DNA of 64,000 nucleotides from Rhodospirillaceae bacterium (GCA_018667855.1 JABIRL010000080.1:10341-74340); one strand, 5' to 3'. Positions 1 to 10,189 are shown, counted from the stretch's first letter. The notes: generated from the sequence alone by a model not told the origin. Numbers and translations are program-made.

Positions 1-21
1 GGACGAGGATATTCTGCGGTC

Positions 22-927
22 ATGACGGAAGATCAGCAAACCGGCACGGAGGCGATGCGGCCACGGGTGCGCCTGTTGCTGATCACGGGCCTATCCGGCG
101 CCGGCCGCACGCTGTCTCTCAAGGCGTTGGAAGATGTGGGATTCGAGGCGATTGACAATCTGCCCCTGTCCCTGATCGGCCGGCTGTTAAGTACCCTGAC
201 CCAGCCCGATGGTGATCATCGGGCCATCGCCATCGCCGTTGACTTCCGCCAGCGCGATTTTTCCGTTGCCGCCTTTGATCAGGCCGCCGCCCCGTTGGCG
301 GCGCGGGACGATATTGATCTGAGCGTGGTATTCCTGGATTGCGATACGGAGGTTCTGGCCCGCCGCTTTACCGAGACCCGGCGCCGCCACCCCTTGGGCG
401 AGGACCGGCCCGTGATGGATGGCATCATGCAGGAAAGGCAGTTGCTGGCACCCCTGAAAGACCGGGCGGATCTGTTGATCGATACCTCCAACCTGACGGT
501 TGGTGAATTGCGGGCCCTGGTCGGCGGCCAGTTTCGACTACCCAATGCGCCGGGGCTCGCGGTTTCGGTGCTTTCTTTCTCCTATCGTCAGGGCCTGCCG
601 CGGGAGGCTGATCTGGTATTCGATGTACGGTTTCTGGCCAATCCCCATTATGTAGATGAATTACGGCCGCTGACCGGTCGGGACCCCGGTGTCGGCGCCT
701 ATATTGCCGCCGATCCGTCATGCGAGCCTTTTCTGGCATCCCTTGACCAGATGCTGCAGACTCTATTGCCGCTTTATCTACGGGAAGGAAAAAGCTATTT
801 GACGGTGGCGATCGGATGTACGGGGGGGCGGCACCGCTCCGTCTATGCGGCCGAGGAGTTGACCCGGCGTTTGGCGGTGGGCGGCCATGCCGTGACGGTG
901 CGCCACCGCGATGCGGATCGGACATGA
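22..927 (+). CDS. rapZ: RNase adapter protein RapZ (P-loop ATPase/GTPase)
   Basis: GLSGAGRT P-loop, DNLP, RRFTETRRRHP, DVRFLANP and GCTGGRHRSV motifs; next to PTS genes. Confidence 0.95.
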   Translation: MTEDQQTGTEAMRPRVRLLLITGLSGAGRTLSLKALEDVGFEAIDNLPLSLIGRLLSTLTQPDGDHRAIAIAVDFRQRDFSVAAFDQAAAPLAARDDIDLSVVFLDCDTEVLARRFTETRRRHPLGEDRPVMDGIMQERQLLAPLKDRADLLIDTSNLTVGELRALVGGQFRLPNAPGLAVSVLSFSYRQGLPREADLVFDVRFLANPHYVDELRPLTGRDPGVGAYIAADPSCEPFLASLDQMLQTLLPLYLREGKSYLTVAIGCTGGRHRSVYAAEELTRRLAVGGHAVTVRHRDADRT

Positions 928-960
928 TGAAGGTTAAGCTGTAATGCCCAGGGGCGAGCG

Positions 961-1365
961 ATGATTGGTATGGTTTTGGTAACCCACGGTCGGCTGGCGG
1001 ATGAATTCATCGCCGCGACCGAGCATGTGGTTGGGCCGCAGGAAAGTATCCGGGCGGTCAGTATTGGCCCGGATGACGACATGGAACGCCGCCGCGCGGA
1101 AATCGTCCAGGCGGTGGAAGAGGTCGATACCGGCAATGGTGTGATCCTGCTGACCGACATGTTCGGCGGCACGCCTTCGAATTTGGCTATTTCCCTATTG
1201 GATCGGGCCAATGTGGAGGTGATCGCCGGCATGAACCTGCCCATGTTGATCAAGCTGGTGAAGGTCCGCCAGGACAACGATTTACAGGACGCCGTGGCCA
1301 AGGCTCAGGAATCCGGCCGCAAATACATCAATGTCGCCTCGATCCTGCTGCAAGGTGACAAGTGA
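961..1365 (+). CDS. PTS EIIA component, mannose/fructose family
   Basis: MIGMVLVTHG phospho-His motif and LTDMFGGTPSN. Confidence 0.93.
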   Translation: MIGMVLVTHGRLADEFIAATEHVVGPQESIRAVSIGPDDDMERRRAEIVQAVEEVDTGNGVILLTDMFGGTPSNLAISLLDRANVEVIAGMNLPMLIKLVKVRQDNDLQDAVAKAQESGRKYINVASILLQGDK

Positions 1366-1640
1366 GCAGCGATACCGTCCAGCGTACCATTCCGATCATT
1401 AACCGCCGCGGCCTGCATGCCCGTGCCGCGGCCAAGTTCGTCAATTGCGCGGAGTTGTTCGAGGCTGAAATTTATGTCACCCGCCAGGGCGTCGAGGTGC
1501 CTGGCCGCTCCATCATGGGGTTGATGATGCTGGCCGCCGCGCCGGGTACAGAGATCGAGGTACGCGCCGTTGGCGCCGACGCGGCGGAAGCCGTCGCGGC
1601 ATTAGAGGCATTGACGGCAAGTAAATTCGACGAAGATTAA
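1362..1640 (+). CDS. HPr/NPr phosphocarrier protein
   Basis: GLHARAAAKFV and SIMGLMML motifs; GTGA overlap with EIIA. Confidence 0.95.
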   Translation: MSSDTVQRTIPIINRRGLHARAAAKFVNCAELFEAEIYVTRQGVEVPGRSIMGLMMLAAAPGTEIEVRAVGADAAEAVAALEALTASKFDED

Positions 1641-1668
1641 TTCGAGCTGGTAATTCTGCGAGGGAATA

Positions 1669-2370
1669 ATGGCAAATTTTGTACTGATACATGGCTCGTT
1701 TCAAGGCAGCTGGATCTGGCAGCCGACGGCCAAGCTGTTGCGGGACGCGGGCCACATCGTGCATGCACCGACCATGGATGGCTGTGCCGAACGGCGCCAC
1801 GGTCTGCGTGCCGGCATAACGGCGACCACCATGGCGGAAGAAATCGTTGATCTGTTCTTCTACGAGGATCTGGACGATGTCATTTTGGCCAGCACGTCGT
1901 CTGGCGGCATTGTCATCTCCAAGGCGGCCGAGATGGCGCCGGACAAAATCAAGCGCCTGGTTTATATCGACGCCCTGGCGCCACAGCCCGGCGAAACCGT
2001 GGGTGACATCGTCATTCGCGGCCCGAACCAGGCGCCCAACGAGGAAACGGAATTCGCCGCCGGACCGAACCGCGAGGGCATGGCGGCCCGTTTGTTCGCC
2101 GATCTGGAGCCGGGCCTAAAAGAGTGGGCCCTGGACCGCGCCACCTTGCACCCCAAGGGCGCCTCGGCCGCCGACCTGGATAAATTCTGGTCCCAGTCCT
2201 GGCCGGCCACGGTGATCTATTGCACCGGCAGCCTGAACCCATCGGAAGCCCACCAACGGCGTACGGCGGACAAACTCAATGCCACCTGGCATTCGATGGA
2301 AGCCGGCCATTACCCCATGTTGAGCCACGGCGCGGAAATGGCGCGGTTGCTGCTGCTCGAAGCGGATTAG
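1669..2370 (+). CDS. alpha/beta hydrolase (esterase-like)
   Basis: FVLIHGSFQG, STSSGG nucleophile elbow, C-terminal GHYPM. Confidence 0.85.
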   Translation: MANFVLIHGSFQGSWIWQPTAKLLRDAGHIVHAPTMDGCAERRHGLRAGITATTMAEEIVDLFFYEDLDDVILASTSSGGIVISKAAEMAPDKIKRLVYIDALAPQPGETVGDIVIRGPNQAPNEETEFAAGPNREGMAARLFADLEPGLKEWALDRATLHPKGASAADLDKFWSQSWPATVIYCTGSLNPSEAHQRRTADKLNATWHSMEAGHYPMLSHGAEMARLLLLEAD

Positions 2371-2388
2371 CCGGCCGGTTCAAAAGAA

Positions 2389-2418
2389 ACCGGGGACCGG
2401 CACAAGGCCGATCCCCGG
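2389..2418. terminator. GC-rich hairpin between convergent genes, probable terminator
   Basis: CCGGGGACCGGC...GCCGATCCCCGG imperfect stem preceded by AAAAGAAA. Confidence 0.5.
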
Positions 2419-2445
2419 ATCAACTGTCTTATGCAACCCAAAGAC

Positions 2446-3516
2446 TTAGTACAAGGCGATCGGGTTGCCGGGCGAGCCGGTGGCGCCCTTCATCTTCAAG
2501 GGTGACCAGGCAAACAGGAACTCGGACACGTTGTCGGCAACCAGTTTGCTGAGATCCAGATTTTCCAGGTTCCAGATACCACGCTTCGGCATCAGTTCCA
2601 GATGGCACTCGAACGGTTGCGGGGTTTCGCCACCGAATGTGGGGGCGACGGCTTCCACGGCCCAGCTATCGCCGCCGGTCAGGATGATCTTGCGCGAGGC
2701 AAGATATTTACAGGCGGAGGTGCCGAAACCAGGCTCCCCTTTGTTGAAGGCCGCGACGCGGCGCTTCTTCTCGGCGGCATCGAAGGTATCCCATTTCGTT
2801 GGATGCCAGATGTTGCCGTGGCCGGTGTACAGGAAGACGCAGTCGCCTTCGCCGATCGGCTCGATACCCTGGCGTTTGACCATCGCCTGGATATCTTCAC
2901 CGGTGATGATGCCCGGATCACCCTTGTTCGGTGGCGGCGCCGGGATCGGCAACTGTTCCATGCCCCGATAGGCCGCCGCGTTCAACAACACGCCGCGACA
3001 GACGAAGCCTATTTGGGCCACATGCTCAACACCCAGGGGCCCGACGCCATAGGGACCGGCCACCTCGGCTAGCATCCGGCCATTATAAAAAAAATCGCCC
3101 TTTGAGGTACGCACGCCGATATGACCCGGACCATCGAACTGGGTGCCGACCTGGCCGATTTCAGACGTTACCACCTCGTCATTGCCAACCAGCTCTCGCG
3201 GGCCGAAGGGAACCGGACCGCTGGAGGGCAGGCCGGGAATGGTCAGCTTCCAGCTGCGGACGCCGAACATCGGCATGTCGGACTGGTAGACTTTTCCAAG
3301 GGTCGCGACCTTACCCTGTTTGACCAATTTGATGGCCTTCAGGACCATGGCCGCTGTGGTACGGTTGACCGACCCCGCCTTGTCGTCCTTGCCCCATTCG
3401 CTGGGCGCCCATTTTTCCGTCAGTGGTTCGTCGTTCACCGACCAGGCAGTGCCGGAGAGACCGGCAGTCACGGCAAAGGTAAGTGCCGCAACGCTTACAA
3501 AACTTTTCTTCAACAT
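2446..3516 (-). CDS. Secreted cyclase-family (kynurenine formamidase-like) metal hydrolase
   Basis: QVGTQFDGPGH, RGVLL, ENLDL, PLKMKGATGSP motifs; signal-peptide-like N-terminus; GGAGG RBS before ATG at 3516. Confidence 0.85.
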   Translation of the reverse strand: MLKKSFVSVAALTFAVTAGLSGTAWSVNDEPLTEKWAPSEWGKDDKAGSVNRTTAAMVLKAIKLVKQGKVATLGKVYQSDMPMFGVRSWKLTIPGLPSSGPVPFGPRELVGNDEVVTSEIGQVGTQFDGPGHIGVRTSKGDFFYNGRMLAEVAGPYGVGPLGVEHVAQIGFVCRGVLLNAAAYRGMEQLPIPAPPPNKGDPGIITGEDIQAMVKRQGIEPIGEGDCVFLYTGHGNIWHPTKWDTFDAAEKKRRVAAFNKGEPGFGTSACKYLASRKIILTGGDSWAVEAVAPTFGGETPQPFECHLELMPKRGIWNLENLDLSKLVADNVSEFLFAWSPLKMKGATGSPGNPIALY

Positions 3517-3588
3517 TGTTCGTCCTCCCTTTGTTTTGCTTTCAAGGGAGGCATTACGCGTCACAAGGCGAAATGGAGTCAAGTATCT

Positions 3589-3960
3589 CTAGGCGTCCGG
3601 CGGCAGGACAATCGGCTGGCCGTGCGGCGTGGCGTGGGCGGCGCGGTCCCAGGCGTCCTTACGTTCGCCCAGGGCCTTGGTGGTCACCAGTCCCTTTTCG
3701 GCGACCAGACCTTCCAGGGCCTTGAGCCAATGCAGATAGTACGTATCACCCAGGTCAGGATCGCCATCGCCCTGGGCGGCGGTGATTTCCAGGCTCAACC
3801 GTTCGGCCCATTCAGGCCAGGTGAAATGGCCTTGTTCATGCAGCCACAGGGTCATGGCGAAGGCCTGCGCCTCCCACGGTTCGCGGAATACCGGACCATC
3901 TTCATCACGGGGCATGGAGGGCAGTTCCGCCGGTGTCGGGCCTTTTGCCTCGCTAGTCAT
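3589..3960 (-). CDS. Nitrile hydratase accessory protein (P14K/NhhG-like)
   Basis: PVFREPWEAQAFAM, YYLHWLKALE, TPHGQPI; follows nthB. Confidence 0.92.
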   Translation of the reverse strand: MTSEAKGPTPAELPSMPRDEDGPVFREPWEAQAFAMTLWLHEQGHFTWPEWAERLSLEITAAQGDGDPDLGDTYYLHWLKALEGLVAEKGLVTTKALGERKDAWDRAAHATPHGQPIVLPPDA

Positions 3961-3967
3961 GGCGCCA

Positions 3968-4630
3968 TCATCCTTCCGCTTCCAGATAATCGTCCCACAT
4001 GTCCAGATACACTTTGTCGACGGCGGACGCTTCTGGGCCCCAGATCTCCCGCGCGGAAAATTTCACGCTATAGAGATGTTGCGGCTTATTCCCGGCGAAG
4101 ACCGCATTGGTATCGGGAAAGATGAACACGCCATGATCCCGGTCAATCACCCCGGCCCTGCCGCGTATATAGCGCGGGATACGGGTGTGGCCCTTGGGGT
4201 GGATGTTGCGGGCTCGGATTTGATCGCCGGCCTTGAACCGGGGGGGGATGTTTTCGTCCACGCGGGCCGATCGCGCCTTGCGCTGACGGGCCAGGATCTC
4301 TTCAACGGCCAGTGGCTCACCCTGGCGTTCCACCATTCGTTCTTCGGGCGGTGTTGCCAACTCTTCCCGGCTCACCATGTCATGGTCCACCAGGATGTTT
4401 TCGGTGCGGTACAGCCAACGATGATAGTAACTTGAACTTAGGTACAGCGCCGGGTCGAGCTGTTCCAGGGTATAGCGCCCGGCATCGATATTCCATTTGC
4501 CCCAGGCGCCAAGGGCGGTGTTCAGGGCCCACATCCGGCCCTGCCAGGGCGCGTGGAATACCGCTTCATCCGGTTCGATGGGAATGGGACCGAAGCCGTC
4601 CATGCCGCCCATATCGTGAATGCCGTCCAT
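3968..4630 (-). CDS. nthB: Nitrile hydratase beta subunit
   Basis: MDGIHDMGGMDGFG, GHTRIPRYIRG, DMWDDYLE. Confidence 0.96.
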   Translation of the reverse strand: MDGIHDMGGMDGFGPIPIEPDEAVFHAPWQGRMWALNTALGAWGKWNIDAGRYTLEQLDPALYLSSSYYHRWLYRTENILVDHDMVSREELATPPEERMVERQGEPLAVEEILARQRKARSARVDENIPPRFKAGDQIRARNIHPKGHTRIPRYIRGRAGVIDRDHGVFIFPDTNAVFAGNKPQHLYSVKFSAREIWGPEASAVDKVYLDMWDDYLEAEG

Positions 4631-4634
4631 ATGT

Positions 4635-5225
4635 TCAACTCCCCGCCAACCGGTCGGTGCCGATCATGGAATTGCGGGTGACCAGATCCGCCAATTCATC
4701 CTCGCTTAACCCTTCCGTGCCCGCCGGGCGCTGGGGCAGAACCAGATAGCGTACCTCCGCCGTGCTGTCCCAGACCCGCACCTCCACATCTTCCGGTACT
4801 TTCTGGTCGAACTCCGCCAGCACGCCGCGCGGGTCCTTGACCGCCCTGGCGCGGTAGGGAAAGGACTTGTACCAGGTGGGCGGCAGACCCAACACGGCCC
4901 AGGGATAGCATGAACACAAGGTACAGACGGTGAGGTTATGCACCGATACGGTATTCTCCAGCACCACGATGTCCGCGCCCTGGGTCGAGGTATAGCCGAG
5001 TGAATCTATGGCGGCGGTGCCGTCGGCCAGCAGCCACTGCTTGAATTCTTCATCAACCCAGGCCCTGGCCACGACCCGGGCGCCGTTGCGGGGGCCGACC
5101 TTGTTCTCGTAAATATCGACAATGGCGTCCAAAGCGGCCGTGTCGACGAGGCCCTTGTCGGTCAGCAATGACTCCAAGGCGCGAACCCGCAGTTCCGTGT
5201 CCGATAAATGGGAATGATCAGTCAT
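4635..5225 (-). CDS. nthA: Cobalt-type nitrile hydratase alpha subunit
   Basis: VCTLCSCY metal motif (Thr/Tyr indicate Co-type), [23 protein letters not shown]. Confidence 0.97.
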   Translation of the reverse strand: MTDHSHLSDTELRVRALESLLTDKGLVDTAALDAIVDIYENKVGPRNGARVVARAWVDEEFKQWLLADGTAAIDSLGYTSTQGADIVVLENTVSVHNLTVCTLCSCYPWAVLGLPPTWYKSFPYRARAVKDPRGVLAEFDQKVPEDVEVRVWDSTAEVRYLVLPQRPAGTEGLSEDELADLVTRNSMIGTDRLAGS

Positions 5226-5228
5226 AAT

Positions 5229-5447
5229 CTAGGCCACCGTCGGCAGGTCTTCTTCGAGGATCGAGATATTGAGAGAAAAGGAGATCTCGCCCTCGTCATC
5301 ATCGCGGTACAAAACGCCGATAAACTCCCCCGCAATGGATACCTCCACCGGCGCGCCGGGGCGGACCGGCGGAGTGATGGCGATGCGTTCATTGGATAAG
5401 GTCCGGCGCAGGTAGCTTTGCACCCTGGCTATTTCGTTCGCGGTCAT
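5229..5447 (-). CDS. DUF3126 family small protein
   Basis: YLRRTL...GEFIGVLYRDDDEGEISF...ILEEDL pattern; GGAGG RBS. Confidence 0.8.
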   Translation of the reverse strand: MTANEIARVQSYLRRTLSNERIAITPPVRPGAPVEVSIAGEFIGVLYRDDDEGEISFSLNISILEEDLPTVA

Positions 5448-5591
5448 CCGATGCCTCCATTTTGCTGTTAACGCTGTATATCAGCGATTTGCCTCCCGTG
5501 CACCTGGGCACGACGGTTTCGACATGCTCTAATCAAAACCAACCAAATAAATCAATTCAATGAAATCGTTCAACAAGACGGGAAAAAAAAC

Positions 5592-6425
5592 ATGGCGGAG
5601 TTGGAGGGGAAGGTTGCGGTCATCACGGGCGGGGCCAGCGGCATCGGTGAAAGTGCTGCACGGCTGTTCGTGGCCGAGGGCGCATCGGTGGTGATCGCCG
5701 ATATGCAAAAGGAACGCGGCACGGCGCTGGCCGAGGAGTTGGGGTCAAAGGCGGTGTTCGCCCAGGTTGAAGTCCGTCAGGAGGCGGAAGTGAAGGCAGC
5801 CGTAGACATGGCCGTTGATACCTGGGGCCGGCTTGATTGCATGTTTAACAACGCCGGGTTCGGCGGCGTCCTGGGCCCGGTCGAGGAAATCCCGGTCGAT
5901 GATTTCGACATGACCATGGATGTACTGGTGCGCGGTGTCTTTCTGGGTATGAAACACGCGGTGCCCGTCATGAAGAAGCAACAATCCGGCAGCATCATCA
6001 ATACGGGCAGCATCGCCGGCGTTACGGCGGGGCGCGGGCCCATCATCTATTCCGCGGCCAAGGCTGCGGTCGTGCATCTGTCCAAGGTCACGGCCATGGA
6101 GCTGGGCGAGCATTCCATTCGGGTCAACTCCCTATGCCCCGGCTATATCGCCACGCCGCTGTCGGCCAATACGGTCGGGCGGTCGGATGAATTGATCGAG
6201 AAGGTGCATCATACCTATGCGGTGCGCCAGCCCATCCCCCGCACCGGCATGCCCGAGGATATTGCTCAGATGGCGGTGTTCCTGGCCTCCGACCGGTCCA
6301 GCTTCGTCACCGGACAGGCTCTGGTGGTGGATGGCGGCGCCGCGACAGGGGTGATGTGGTCGGAGCAGAAGGACGTCTACAAAACCTATCACCCGATCAG
6401 GGTTTACAATCCGGACGCGGAGTAG
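5592..6425 (+). CDS. Short-chain dehydrogenase/reductase
   Basis: TGGASGIG, NNAG, YSAAK. Confidence 0.93.
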   Translation: MAELEGKVAVITGGASGIGESAARLFVAEGASVVIADMQKERGTALAEELGSKAVFAQVEVRQEAEVKAAVDMAVDTWGRLDCMFNNAGFGGVLGPVEEIPVDDFDMTMDVLVRGVFLGMKHAVPVMKKQQSGSIINTGSIAGVTAGRGPIIYSAAKAAVVHLSKVTAMELGEHSIRVNSLCPGYIATPLSANTVGRSDELIEKVHHTYAVRQPIPRTGMPEDIAQMAVFLASDRSSFVTGQALVVDGGAATGVMWSEQKDVYKTYHPIRVYNPDAE

Positions 6426-6428
6426 GCC

Positions 6429-7238
6429 ATGGCGGAGCTGACGGTCGGCATCGGCGGTTTCGGTGCTATCGGGGCAAAGGTCGCCCGTACCCTGGATCAG
6501 GGCATCGACGGCCTTCGCCTGGTCGCGGTTTCCGCCCGGGACCATGACGGCGCCCGCGCGCGCATGTCGGATATGGCAACGCCGCCGCCGGTGGTTGGGT
6601 TGGCGGAGCTGGGCGGTCTGGCCGATATTGTCGTGGAATGCGCACCGGCGGCGGTATTCCGGGATGTGGCCGAGGCGGCGGTGGAGGCCGGCCGGATCTT
6701 CATCCCGCTCAGCTGCGGTGCGCTGTTGCAGCATCCCGACCTGGAAACAAGAGCCGCGCAAACCGGCGCCCGGATCATTGTTCCCACCGGCGCCCTGTTG
6801 GGTCTGGACGCCGTGCGCGCCACCGCCGAGGGCGTGATCCATTCCGTCCATATGGTGACCCGCAAACCACCCAACGGTCTGAAGGGCGCGCCGCACCTGG
6901 TGGAGAACAACATCGACATCGAAAATCTCGAAACGGCGAAACTTGTGTTCGAGGGCACGGCGCGGGGCGCGGCCAAGGCTTTTCCGGCCAATGTCAATGT
7001 CGCCGCCGCCTTGAGCCTGGCCGGCAACGGGCCCGATAACACGACAATCGAAATCTGGGCCGATCCCGGCGTCACCCGCAACACTCATACAATCAAGGTC
7101 GATTCCGATGCCACCCGTTTCGAGATGACGATCGAAGGCATCCCCTCGCCCGATAACCCCGCCACCGGCTTGCTGACGCCGCTTAGCGTATTGGCAACCC
7201 TGCGTGGTCTTGTCAGCCCCCTGAAGGTAGGCACATGA
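6429..7238 (+). CDS. nadX: L-aspartate dehydrogenase
   Basis: GFGAIG, VVECA, GALLGLDA, RKPP, FPANVNVAAALSLAG, NTH, NPATG. Confidence 0.9.
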   Translation: MAELTVGIGGFGAIGAKVARTLDQGIDGLRLVAVSARDHDGARARMSDMATPPPVVGLAELGGLADIVVECAPAAVFRDVAEAAVEAGRIFIPLSCGALLQHPDLETRAAQTGARIIVPTGALLGLDAVRATAEGVIHSVHMVTRKPPNGLKGAPHLVENNIDIENLETAKLVFEGTARGAAKAFPANVNVAAALSLAGNGPDNTTIEIWADPGVTRNTHTIKVDSDATRFEMTIEGIPSPDNPATGLLTPLSVLATLRGLVSPLKVGT

Positions 7239-7251
7239 AAGTAGGTATCTG

Positions 7252-8250
7252 ATGGCACAACGACTAGGCATTGCCGTATCCGGCGGCCCCAATCCATCCG
7301 AGATCGTGGAACTGGTAACCCTGGCGGAATCCCTTGGTTACGAATCCGCCTGGGTCGCCGAAGGCCATGGCGGCGATCAGTTTGCAGTGCTGTCGGGCTG
7401 CGCCATGCAGACATCGACCATTCGGCTGGGCACCGCCATTTCCAGCGTCTATGTGCGCTCCATCCCGACCATCGCCATGGCCGCCGCCACGGTCGATGAT
7501 CTGTCCGAGGGGCGGTTTATCCTTGGCCTCGGATCATCCCACAAAGTCCAGGTGGTGCCCGAACATGGCGTGGAATATTCCAAGCCGATCACCCGCCTGC
7601 GGGAAAGCGTGGACATCATCCGTCAGTTGCTGGAAACCGGAACGGCGCGGTTTCAAGGCGAGACAGTGACCATCGAAAACTTCGATCTTTGGTTCCGGCC
7701 CCGGCGCCCAGACCTGCCGATATATGCGGCGGCGGTCTTCCCCAAGATGATGGCGGTCTGTGGCGAGATCGCCGACGGCATCATTCTGACCCGCAGCACA
7801 CTGCAGACCGGGGCACAGGTAAAGCAATGCCTGGCGGAGGGCGCGGCGCTGGCAGGCCGGGACCCGGGCAAAGTTGAAGTGACCTCGCTTCTGCCCATTG
7901 CGGTCGGTGACAATCGACAGGAAGCTCTGGACACCATGCGGCCGGGGTTGACCTTTTATGTGGGGTTCTTCCCCCGATATCGCCAGATGATCGCCGACTA
8001 TGGCTTCGCCGAGGAAACCGCCGCCGCCGCGGCCGCCTTCGCCAAGGGGGATCAGGCCGGCGCGGAACGCTGCATCACCGATGCCATGATCGACGCCACC
8101 TCCATCGTCGGCACGGCCGGTGAATGCCGCGAACGTATCGAGGCTTACCGCCAGTCCGGTATCGATCTGCCCATCATCAGTCCCTTCGCCCGGGGACCGG
8201 GTTCCAGGGCCACGTTCGAAACCGTGATCAGAGCTTGCGCGCCTGGTTAG
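7252..8250 (+). CDS. LLM-class (luciferase-like) flavin/F420-dependent oxidoreductase
   Basis: AESLGYESAWVAE, LSEGRFILGLG, GEIADG. Confidence 0.9.
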   Translation: MAQRLGIAVSGGPNPSEIVELVTLAESLGYESAWVAEGHGGDQFAVLSGCAMQTSTIRLGTAISSVYVRSIPTIAMAAATVDDLSEGRFILGLGSSHKVQVVPEHGVEYSKPITRLRESVDIIRQLLETGTARFQGETVTIENFDLWFRPRRPDLPIYAAAVFPKMMAVCGEIADGIILTRSTLQTGAQVKQCLAEGAALAGRDPGKVEVTSLLPIAVGDNRQEALDTMRPGLTFYVGFFPRYRQMIADYGFAEETAAAAAAFAKGDQAGAERCITDAMIDATSIVGTAGECRERIEAYRQSGIDLPIISPFARGPGSRATFETVIRACAPG

Positions 8251-8352
8251 CGCATGTCGCGTTCAATTGAACGCGCGGCCATGCGCTAAAACCTTTAAGA
8301 TAGAGCAACTTATCTGCGGTCAATTGAATCCAATTGACCGCGGGTTGCTCTA
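8248..8352. repeat. 105-bp twin-hairpin intergenic repeat, family 1, copy A (CIR/RIME/Bru-RS-like)
   Basis: Reverse complement of 46450-46554 with 2 mismatches; begins on the TAG stop of the LLM gene. Confidence 0.92.
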
Positions 8353-8373
8353 GATCAAACGGCCCAAAACGAA

Positions 8374-8406
8374 AGAGGCGGCGCAATATGCGCCGCCTCT
8401 GTTTTT
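8374..8406. terminator. Intrinsic terminator, probably bidirectional
   Basis: Perfect 12-bp stem AGAGGCGGCGCA-ATA-TGCGCCGCCTCT followed by GTTTTT. Confidence 0.8.
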
Positions 8407-8428
8407 GAAATCCCGCTATCGTGGCAGC

Positions 8429-9646
8429 TCAGCGAATATAGATATGCACTTCGTTGCTGGCCGAGGCCGTGGACGACGAGGCCGACAGCGAGATGCGGCT
8501 GGCGGGCAGACCCATATCCATCAAGGTTTTCAGCACGCCATTGGTATGCTTCTTGATGGTTGATTGCGCCATGGCCTGTTCCGAGGCACTGCCTTGGTTT
8601 GGCGTTACCGCGACCAGATCAAAATTCGCTTCCGGCCGGACCTGCAAGGTCTTTGACACGGCGGTGTAGAGCGCCTGTTGATAGGGCACATTGGCCCGAT
8701 CAAAGCGAATCACCACCAAAGGTTGGCGTCCGCCGGCAACAAAACCGCTGCGCGGCGTACTTGATGTGGAATAGGTCGGCCCCTGACCGGCGGAGGCGAA
8801 AGCCCGGTTCATCAGGCTGCTGCCATGCAATTCACCATTCTTGATGGCCGATGCCAGCGTGGTCAGATTGCTGCGCTCCCCCGCCACATAGGACGTCTGC
8901 CGGGCCACGTCCTCGTTGATCTCCCCCAACAGGCGGTCGATCAGGACCACGGCGCGGTTGGTCTCGTCCTCCAGCAACGCCAGTTGCCGGTGATCCTCGT
9001 CAATGGCGCCTGACAGGCCATAGGCGGCCCGGGCCGATTCCAGGACATAGGCCGCCAGGGATGAATTGGAGGCGATCTGGTTGGCCAGACTGTTCATGGT
9101 GGCGATGTCGCCGCTGATCCGGTCCAGCTCCGCCTGGGCGGCGTTCCACTGGTTGACCAGGATCGGATTGCCCGGCGTGGTGCCCAGTTGCAACCGCGCC
9201 GTGACGGCGGCGACGGTGCCGTGATAGCGCTGGGCATTGTCGGTGGTGATTTGCCGGATCTGTTGCAATTGTCCGTTCTGGGCGCTCAGCTGCCCTTTCA
9301 GGCGCTGCAATTCCACCCGCAATTGCCCGACTTTTTGCCCCACCAATGTACCCGTGGGCTGCCCCGTCGCGATCGACGACATGGCCGGCGCCGTGACCCG
9401 CATGGGTGCGCTGGTCAGGTTCGGCGGCGGCGGCGCGCTGAAGGTTGGTTGATTGCTCATCTCGGCCCGTGAGGGCGGAATCGAAATCCTTTCAGGTACG
9501 CCGCCCGAAGGCTCGTCGCCGGTCAAAGACGGCCACAAAGACTCGGACGCCATTGAACATCCCGAAAGCAATATTGCCGCCCCAAGAACGGCCCCCGTCG
9601 ACCTGCGCAAATTCACTCTCCCTGACAGGCGAACCCAAAAAATCAT
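8429..9646 (-). CDS. Hypothetical lipoprotein: Pro-rich linker, coiled coil, possible OmpA-like C-terminal domain
   Basis: LLSGC lipobox; heptad-like LRVELQRLKGQL region; C-terminal VIRFD...MGLPASRI; start uncertain. Confidence 0.75.
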   Translation of the reverse strand: MIFWVRLSGRVNLRRSTGAVLGAAILLSGCSMASESLWPSLTGDEPSGGVPERISIPPSRAEMSNQPTFSAPPPPNLTSAPMRVTAPAMSSIATGQPTGTLVGQKVGQLRVELQRLKGQLSAQNGQLQQIRQITTDNAQRYHGTVAAVTARLQLGTTPGNPILVNQWNAAQAELDRISGDIATMNSLANQIASNSSLAAYVLESARAAYGLSGAIDEDHRQLALLEDETNRAVVLIDRLLGEINEDVARQTSYVAGERSNLTTLASAIKNGELHGSSLMNRAFASAGQGPTYSTSSTPRSGFVAGGRQPLVVIRFDRANVPYQQALYTAVSKTLQVRPEANFDLVAVTPNQGSASEQAMAQSTIKKHTNGVLKTLMDMGLPASRISLSASSSTASASNEVHIYIR

Positions 9647-10016
9647 TTAATCTGAGGTCCTTGATACCCTGGTCACATTCGCAACCGTTTCGTCAGCCGA
9701 TTCAGTCATAGTCGATTCGACCGCCAGGATACAGGCAAATCCGCATGATTTATGCAAAAAAAAGCCAACGCATTGCCCTCCGACGCCAGAACCCCCCATT
9801 TGGATTTCTGGTATGCCCCTCTTTAAACCCATAAGCTAACGAGCTTAACCAATGCGCGCAGGCTGAACAAGCTATGTTCCGGCGAATGTTCAGATCGGTT
9901 ATTTCGTTTGCGCCGAGAGGAAAAAGTTGCCCAAAGCAACGCATGGCCCTTGCCTTGGCCCGGTCTTTTGTTTAGGTAAGCGGCTCCGTCGGCATCGTCA
10001 TCGCTGCTGCGGCTCA

Positions 10017-10093
10017 GCGCCCGTAGCTCAACTGGATAGAGCGTCTGACTACGGATCAGGAGGTTGGGAGTTCGAATCTTCCCGGGCGCGCCA
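10017..10093 (+). tRNA. tRNA-Arg (anticodon ACG)
   Basis: GCGCCCG/CGGGCGC acceptor stem, D arm, TCTGA-CTACGGA-TCAGG anticodon arm, GTTCGAAT T loop, encoded CCA. Confidence 0.97.
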
Positions 10094-10189
10094 TTTGGCC
10101 GCTTAGCGAAGCTAAGCGTGGAGAATCAATAAATTTTGAATTCGGCGGCAGCTGTTTGCGTAGCAAACCGCAAGAGCCGGGGTTCGAAT

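Noticed and set aside
1..25. Possible 3' end of an upstream gene (DEDILRS*), HPr kinase by context
   Set aside because: Too little sequence to identify.
9650..9960. CtrA boxes or an sRNA upstream of the lipoprotein gene
   Set aside because: TTAA half-sites lack the N7 spacing; no convincing structure or terminator.
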